Source of the DNA: Candidatus Pacearchaeota archaeon CG11_big_fil_rev_8_21_14_0_20_30_13
Lineage (GTDB): Archaea > Nanobdellota > Nanobdellia > Pacearchaeales > GW2011-AR1
Direction of reading: 5' to 3'
NCBI GenBank assembly: GCA_002762735.1
Contig: PCVV01000009.1
Coordinates: 1-48,060 of the forward strand
DNA: 48,060 nucleotides
The notes below the pieces were generated by a model that did not search any database, had not been told where the DNA came from, and saw only the letters and a program-made list of their open reading frames with translations. The position numbers were made by a program, and so were the translations under genes. Below are positions 43,873 through 48,060 of the stretch, in pieces (positions within the stretch are counted from its first letter, which is position 1; each line of letters starts with the position of its first letter).

Positions 43873-44253
43873 ATGGCACACGATATAGTTGCAGACGCAC
43901 TAAACATGATGAGAAACGCTAAAAAAGCAAACAAAGAAGTTGTTAGGGTAAAAATTATTTCTAACATCTTAATTGAAGTTCTAAAGATTATGAAACAAAA
44001 AGGGGCAGTTAAGAAGTATAAAATTGATCCTAAAGATAAATCAATTGAGATTACCCTTGGAGATTTTACAGAATGTAAAGCAATAAAACCAAGATTTAGT
44101 TGTGACAAAAGTCAAATTGAAAAATATCGAAGGAGATATTTACCTGCAAGGAATTTGGGAATAGTAATCATCTCAACAAATAAAGGATTAATGACTCATG
44201 AAGAAGCTGAAACTGAACAGATTGGAGGGTCGCTAGTTTCTTATTTTTATTAA
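43873..44253 (+). CDS. rps8: 30S ribosomal protein S8
   Basis: MAHDIVADALNMMRNAKKANKEVV start at the ATG 1 nt after the S14 stop. The track start at 43801 lies inside S14. Confidence 0.9.
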   Translation: MAHDIVADALNMMRNAKKANKEVVRVKIISNILIEVLKIMKQKGAVKKYKIDPKDKSIEITLGDFTECKAIKPRFSCDKSQIEKYRRRYLPARNLGIVIISTNKGLMTHEEAETEQIGGSLVSYFY

Positions 44254-44254
44254 A

Positions 44255-44797
44255 ATGAAAAAAGAATTAATTAAAAAGATTAAAATTCCTGAAGGGGTTT
44301 CAATCACTATAGAGAACTCTAAATTTACTGCAAAGGGCCCTGAAGGAGAACTCTCTAGGGAATTCAACTTTGGAAAAGTAAAGATGACAATAAAAGATAA
44401 AGAAATAATTTTAGAGCAAAAAAACACTACTAAAAATGAAAAAAAGGTAATGAACACCATTGGTGCACATATTAAAAATATAGTTAAAGGAGTTGCAAAA
44501 AAATTTGAGTATAATCTTAAAATTTGTTATGGTCATTTTCCGTTTACAATTAGACACGATGGGAATAGAGTCTTCATAAAAAACTTTTTAGGAGAAAAAG
44601 TTGAAAGAGTCGTTGAACTTCCAAAAGGAATAGATATTGAAATAAAAAAAGAAATAATTACAATTAAATCTATGGATAAGGAACTTGCAGGACAAGCTTC
44701 TGCAAATTTTGAAAAAGCAACTAAAGTAAGAGGAAGGGATATAAGAAGGTTCCAAGATGGAATTTACATAACGGAAAAGGATGGAAAAAAGATGTAA
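44255..44797 (+). CDS. rpl6: 50S ribosomal protein L6
   Basis: 180-aa ORF. IKIPEGVSITIENSKFTAKGPEGELS ... two-domain uL6 pattern. Confidence 0.9.
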   Translation: MKKELIKKIKIPEGVSITIENSKFTAKGPEGELSREFNFGKVKMTIKDKEIILEQKNTTKNEKKVMNTIGAHIKNIVKGVAKKFEYNLKICYGHFPFTIRHDGNRVFIKNFLGEKVERVVELPKGIDIEIKKEIITIKSMDKELAGQASANFEKATKVRGRDIRRFQDGIYITEKDGKKM

Positions 44798-44798
44798 A

Positions 44799-45212
44799 AT
44801 GAAAAAAAAATTTTTAAGAAGAGACGTAACAAGATTTTCTAAATTTGGAAATGGAAGAGGAAAAAAAGCTAAATGGAGAAAACCAACTGGAAGAGATAAT
44901 AAGATGAGAGAGACTAGAAAGGGTCGTCCAGTAATTGTCAGTATTGGATATAGAACTATTAAAAAATTAAGAGAGAAATTAAATGAAAAAACTCCAGTTA
45001 AGATAATGAATCTTAAGGATCTTGAAAAAATTAAAAAAAATGAAATCGGAATTGTCGGAAATATAGGAATGAGGAAAAAGATAGAAATTGCAAAGAAAGC
45101 AAAGGAATTGAAAATTGAATTAAAGAATGTGAATGTTAATTCTTTTTTGAAAAAGACTGAAAAAGAAAATAAAAAAAATTCCCAAAAAGAAAAACAGGAA
45201 AATAAAAAATGA
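44799..45212 (+). CDS. rpl32e: 50S ribosomal protein L32e with a Lys/Glu-rich C-terminal tail
   Basis: MKKKFLRRDVTRFSKFGNGRGKKAKWRKPTGRDNKMR. The ATG at 44799 follows the L6 stop. Confidence 0.88.
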   Translation: MKKKFLRRDVTRFSKFGNGRGKKAKWRKPTGRDNKMRETRKGRPVIVSIGYRTIKKLREKLNEKTPVKIMNLKDLEKIKKNEIGIVGNIGMRKKIEIAKKAKELKIELKNVNVNSFLKKTEKENKKNSQKEKQENKK

Positions 45213-45610
45213 TTATAAAGAAAAAAGAACTTGCAGCTAAGGCATTAAAAATTGGAAAAGAAAGAGTTAAATTTGTAAGAGTAAGACTTGACGAAATAAA
45301 AGATGCAATTACTAAACAAGATATTCGGGATTTAGTTGAAACTGGTGCAATAATTATTAAACCTGTAAAAGGGAGAAGGACTAACATTAAGAGAAAGAAC
45401 AGAAAAGGTCAAGGAAAAGTAAAGAAAAAAGTTAACAAAAGAAAAAGAGAGTATGTTGAAATGACAAGAAAATTAAGAAAACATGTTAAACTTTTAAAAA
45501 AACAAGGTACAATAAGTAAAGAAGAATCAAAACAATTTAGAAAAGAAATAAGGAACAAAGCATTCAGAAGTAAATCTAATCTTGTTTCACACATAAAAAA
45601 TAAAAAATGA
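45209..45610 (+). CDS. rpl19e: 50S ribosomal protein L19e
   Basis: 133-aa basic ORF. KERVKFVRVRLDEIKDAITKQDIRDLVETGAIIIKPVKG. Confidence 0.9.
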   Translation: MIIKKKELAAKALKIGKERVKFVRVRLDEIKDAITKQDIRDLVETGAIIIKPVKGRRTNIKRKNRKGQGKVKKKVNKRKREYVEMTRKLRKHVKLLKKQGTISKEESKQFRKEIRNKAFRSKSNLVSHIKNKK

Positions 45611-46101
45611 AAACACAAAAAAGAAGAAAAATGGAATGTAAGACTGACTACTTGAAAAGGCTCATTCTCTTGAAGAGCGAAAAGTCAAGAATAGTTTTTA
45701 GAAAGACAAATATGTACATTATTGGACAATATATTGAAAGCGAAGCTGCACAGGATAAAATTATATTCGGGGTAACTTCTAAAATGCTCTTTAAATACGG
45801 ATGGCCTGAAAAACTATACGGAAGTTTGAAATCAATTCCAGCATCTTATTTAACTGGTTATCTTGTTGCAAAAAAGATTTTAAAAGATAAATTGAAAGAA
45901 CCCATTGTTGATCTTGGCATGCAAAGAGTTATCAAAAAGACTAAAATTTTTGCATTTATCAAAGGATTAATTGATGGCGGAATAAAGATTAAATGTGGTA
46001 AAGAGAACTTCCCAGAAGCAGAAAGATTATCTGGAAAAAGTACAAAAGAAGATATATCAAAAATAGTTCAGGAGGTTAAATCTAAAATAGATAAATTATA
46101 A
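45607..46101 (+). CDS. rpl18: 50S ribosomal protein L18
   Basis: 164-aa ORF. RIVFRKTNMYIIGQYI ... SLKSIPASYLTGYLVAKK. Confidence 0.9.
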   Translation: MKTQKRRKMECKTDYLKRLILLKSEKSRIVFRKTNMYIIGQYIESEAAQDKIIFGVTSKMLFKYGWPEKLYGSLKSIPASYLTGYLVAKKILKDKLKEPIVDLGMQRVIKKTKIFAFIKGLIDGGIKIKCGKENFPEAERLSGKSTKEDISKIVQEVKSKIDKL

Positions 46102-46967
46102 TGGTAAAAAAAATTAAAGATAAAAAAAATATGGAAAGTCTAAAAAAAACTGCAAAAGCTTACGGAACAGTTTCTGAAGAAGAAGTTAAAGCTAAATTTA
46201 AAGATGACAAAGAAGTTTTGAAAGACATCCTTGAGGAAGAAGATTTAGTAGAAATAGAAAAAGAAGTTGTTGAGGAAAAAAAAGAAATTAAACCTTATCA
46301 AAGAAAAGATAGAAAAGTTGAAGAGAGAATAGCTCATCTTGCTGGATGGGTTCCAAAAACAAAATTAGGAAAAGACGTAAGAAATGGAAAAATAAAAAAA
46401 ATAGATGAAATTCTTGATTCTAATCAGAAAATTATTGAAGATGAAATTGTAGATTTACTTCTTCCAATCAAAACAGATTTAATTGCAATAGGACATGCAA
46501 AAGGAAAATTTGGTGGAGGAAAAAGAAGAGCATGGAGACAAACTCAAAGAATCACTCAAGAAGGAGGAGTTATGACCTTTTCAGCGATGGCAATTGTTGG
46601 AGATGAAAATGGACATATCGGAATTGGAGTTGGAAAAGCTGCTGAAACTTTACCCGCAAGAGATAAAGCCACAAGAAAAGCAAAATTAAATTTAATGAAA
46701 ATAAAAAGAGCATGTTCTGCTTTCGATTGTTCATGCGACGACCCCCATTCAATTCCATTTAAAGTTGAAGGAAAAGCAGGAAGTGTAAGAGTAATCTTTA
46801 CTCCAGCACCGCAAGGAACTGGGCTTGTTGTTGCAAGTGAATTAAAAAAACTTCTAAAAATGGCAGGAATAAAAGACATATACTCAAAAACTTTTGGAAA
46901 AAAGAGAACAACGTTCAACTTAATTAAAGCGGCAATTGATGCCTTAGAAAAAACAAACAAAAAATGA
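46101..46967 (+). CDS. rps5: 30S ribosomal protein S5 with an extended acidic/basic N-terminus
   Basis: 288-aa ORF. GWVPKTKLGKDV ... FSAMAIVGDENGHIGIGVGKAAE ... AGSVRVIFTPAPQGTGLV. Confidence 0.92.
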   Translation: MVKKIKDKKNMESLKKTAKAYGTVSEEEVKAKFKDDKEVLKDILEEEDLVEIEKEVVEEKKEIKPYQRKDRKVEERIAHLAGWVPKTKLGKDVRNGKIKKIDEILDSNQKIIEDEIVDLLLPIKTDLIAIGHAKGKFGGGKRRAWRQTQRITQEGGVMTFSAMAIVGDENGHIGIGVGKAAETLPARDKATRKAKLNLMKIKRACSAFDCSCDDPHSIPFKVEGKAGSVRVIFTPAPQGTGLVVASELKKLLKMAGIKDIYSKTFGKKRTTFNLIKAAIDALEKTNKK

Positions 46968-47311
46968 TAGCAGTTATAAGAATCAGAGGACAAATAGGAA
47001 TAGACAAAGACATACAAGAAACTTTGTTCAGACTTAGAATTAGAAGAAAGTATGCTTGTGTGGTTATAGAACCTACAAAAGAAAATATTGGAATGTTAAA
47101 AAAAGTAAGAAACTTCGTAGCATATGGAGAAATTTCAAAAGAGACTCATGATGAACTTGTTAAAAAAAGAGGGGAAAAAGTGAATGGAGAATTAAAACCA
47201 TTTTTTAGGCTTCATCCCCCTAGAGGAGGAGCTGAAACAAAACTTCATTATCCAAAAGGAATTTTAGGAGAAAATAAAGAATTAGATAAACTGATTGGGA
47301 GAATGTTATAA
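46964..47311 (+). CDS. rpl30: 50S ribosomal protein L30
   Basis: 115-aa ORF. IAVIRIRGQIGIDKDIQETLFRLRIRRKYACVV. Confidence 0.9.
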   Translation: MIAVIRIRGQIGIDKDIQETLFRLRIRRKYACVVIEPTKENIGMLKKVRNFVAYGEISKETHDELVKKRGEKVNGELKPFFRLHPPRGGAETKLHYPKGILGENKELDKLIGRML

Positions 47312-47312
47312 A

Positions 47313-47813
47313 ATGAAAACTAAAAAAAGAAAAAAATCATCCCGAATGCATGGAAAGAATCAAGGAACTCATGGTAGAGGAGCGAGAAAAAAAGCAAAGA
47401 AGTCTGGGCATAAAGGAGGAATTGGAATGGCAGGCTCAGGAAAGAGAGGAGATCAAAAGAAAACCCTAGTTTTGAAACTTTATGGAGATAAATATTTTGG
47501 AAAACAAGGAATAACTTCAAAAGGTACTAAGAGAGATGTAAGAAAAAGAATTAATTTGAAAGAGATTGAATTACATTTAGAAAAATATGGGAAAAAATTG
47601 AAAGAAGGATATGAAATTAATTTAAAAAATTACAAAATTCTTGGGGATGGTGAAGTAAAAAATAAATTAATTGTAAACTGTTTTGAAGTTTCTAAAGCTG
47701 CAAAAGAAAAGATTGAAAAAGCTGGTGGAAGCGTTACTGTAAAAGAAATAAAAGAGATTGTAACTCCCAAAATAATTAATCCTAAGCATGAAAGAAAAGC
47801 TCAGAAAAAGTAA
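47313..47813 (+). CDS. rpl15: 50S ribosomal protein L15
   Basis: MKTKKRKKSSRMHGKNQGTHGRGARKKAKKSGHKGGIGMAG. The ATG at 47313 follows the L30 stop; the track start at 47295 overlaps L30. Confidence 0.9.
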   Translation: MKTKKRKKSSRMHGKNQGTHGRGARKKAKKSGHKGGIGMAGSGKRGDQKKTLVLKLYGDKYFGKQGITSKGTKRDVRKRINLKEIELHLEKYGKKLKEGYEINLKNYKILGDGEVKNKLIVNCFEVSKAAKEKIEKAGGSVTVKEIKEIVTPKIINPKHERKAQKK

Positions 47814-47815
47814 AA

Positions 47816-47830
47816 TTATTTTTTATTTTA
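47816..47830 (+). terminator. oligo-T tract after L15 (candidate operon terminator)
   Basis: ATTATTTTTTATTTT lies directly after the stop. No further plus-strand gene follows. Confidence 0.3.
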
Positions 47831-47961
47831 ATTCTCTCAATTAATTTATAACTATTTGCCTATTTCGCATAAGCACTCCAATCTTGAAAAAATTCTTTAA
47901 AAATTTTTGCGTCGCTTTGCGATAAAACAAGATTCATTTATTCCTGCCAGCGAGCAAACAA

Positions 47962-48060
47962 TTAGTCTGCGACGCTTACCCCAAAAGAATGACCATCACC
48001 GTAGCCAGCCCAGTTGCCACCAACATCCACCCTACCGCCATCCCAGTAGTCGTCCAAAAC
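47962..48060 (-). CDS. 3' end of a GC-rich gene running off the window (Gly/Asp/Trp-rich C-terminus)
   Basis: The minus frame is open from the window edge to TAA at 47962..47964: VLDDYWDGGRVDVGGNWAGYGDGHSFGVSVAD. Codon first positions are strongly G-biased (coding-like). About 54% GC against about 30% elsewhere. A plus-strand frame from the ATG at 47989 is also open, so the strand is not certain. Confidence 0.45.
   Translation of the reverse strand, partial: VLDDYWDGGRVDVGGNWAGYGDGHSFGVSVAD

Noticed and set aside
47938-47965. Weak resemblance of TTATTCCTGCCAGCGAG to the archaeal 16S rRNA 5' end (ATTCCGGTTGATCCTGCCGGAGG)
   Set aside because: Only a few bases match, the downstream sequence does not follow 16S, and the region reads as a coding frame on the minus strand.
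47909-47975. Inverted repeat GCGTCGC / GCGACGC as a terminator or regulatory hairpin
   Set aside because: There are only 7 bp with about 53 nt between the arms, and one arm lies inside the GC-rich coding frame. This is too weak.
1-48060. CRISPR arrays, tandem repeats, rRNA genes, toxin-antitoxin or known defence systems
   Set aside because: I noticed no regularly spaced direct repeats, cas-like genes or long repeats while reading both strands. The only GC-rich non-coding islands are the four tRNAs and the RNase P RNA.

Overview
AT-rich (about 30% GC by eye), densely packed archaeal chromosome segment, most consistent with a small-genome DPANN-type archaeon. Supporting evidence: archaea-specific r-proteins S19e, L39e, L31e, S4e, L32e and L19e, an archaeal-type RNase P RNA, a form II/III-like RuBisCO plus AMP phosphorylase, and many ATGA/TAATG gene junctions. 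Contents, left to right: (1) A minus-strand housekeeping block: Hjc-like nuclease, HD hydrolase, class II LysRS, RNase HI, acylphosphatase, TrmY. (2) Two secreted or anchored proteins, then Cbf5, a short polyprenyl synthase, and a radical SAM plus Fur pair. (3) The S19e-L39e-L31e operon. (4) A base-excision-repair cluster (Ogg2, Cys-less Nth, AlkD-like). (5) A patch of decayed genes: a YitT pseudogene, a ZIP transporter remnant and a homopolymer frameshift. (6) tRNA-Gly, then a tight string of 388-aa membrane protein, RuBisCO, HIT, a small TM protein, Nudix and DUF814, followed by CysRS. (7) A pilin-like gene, tRNA-Phe and RNase P RNA. (8) A GT2-GtrA fusion next to a GT-C glycosyltransferase interrupted by TGA. 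(9) The L1-L10-L12 operon and tRNA-Thr. (10) Orphan ORFs plus an XPD-like helicase, then tRNA-Ser. (11) AMP phosphorylase, an AI-2E transporter, and the large L3-to-L15 ribosomal protein operon with SUI1 inserted. The operon ends without SecY and abuts a GC-rich CDS fragment at the window edge. I see no CRISPR array, transposase, integrase or recognisable defence system. The most interesting points are the RuBisCO/HIT/Nudix linkage with an uncharacterised CorA-like protein, several in-frame stops and remnants indicating ongoing gene decay, small sub-threshold RHH-like ORFs upstream of r-protein operons, and shared or structured leaders of r-protein operons. All family assignments come from motif recognition by eye and need profile searches.
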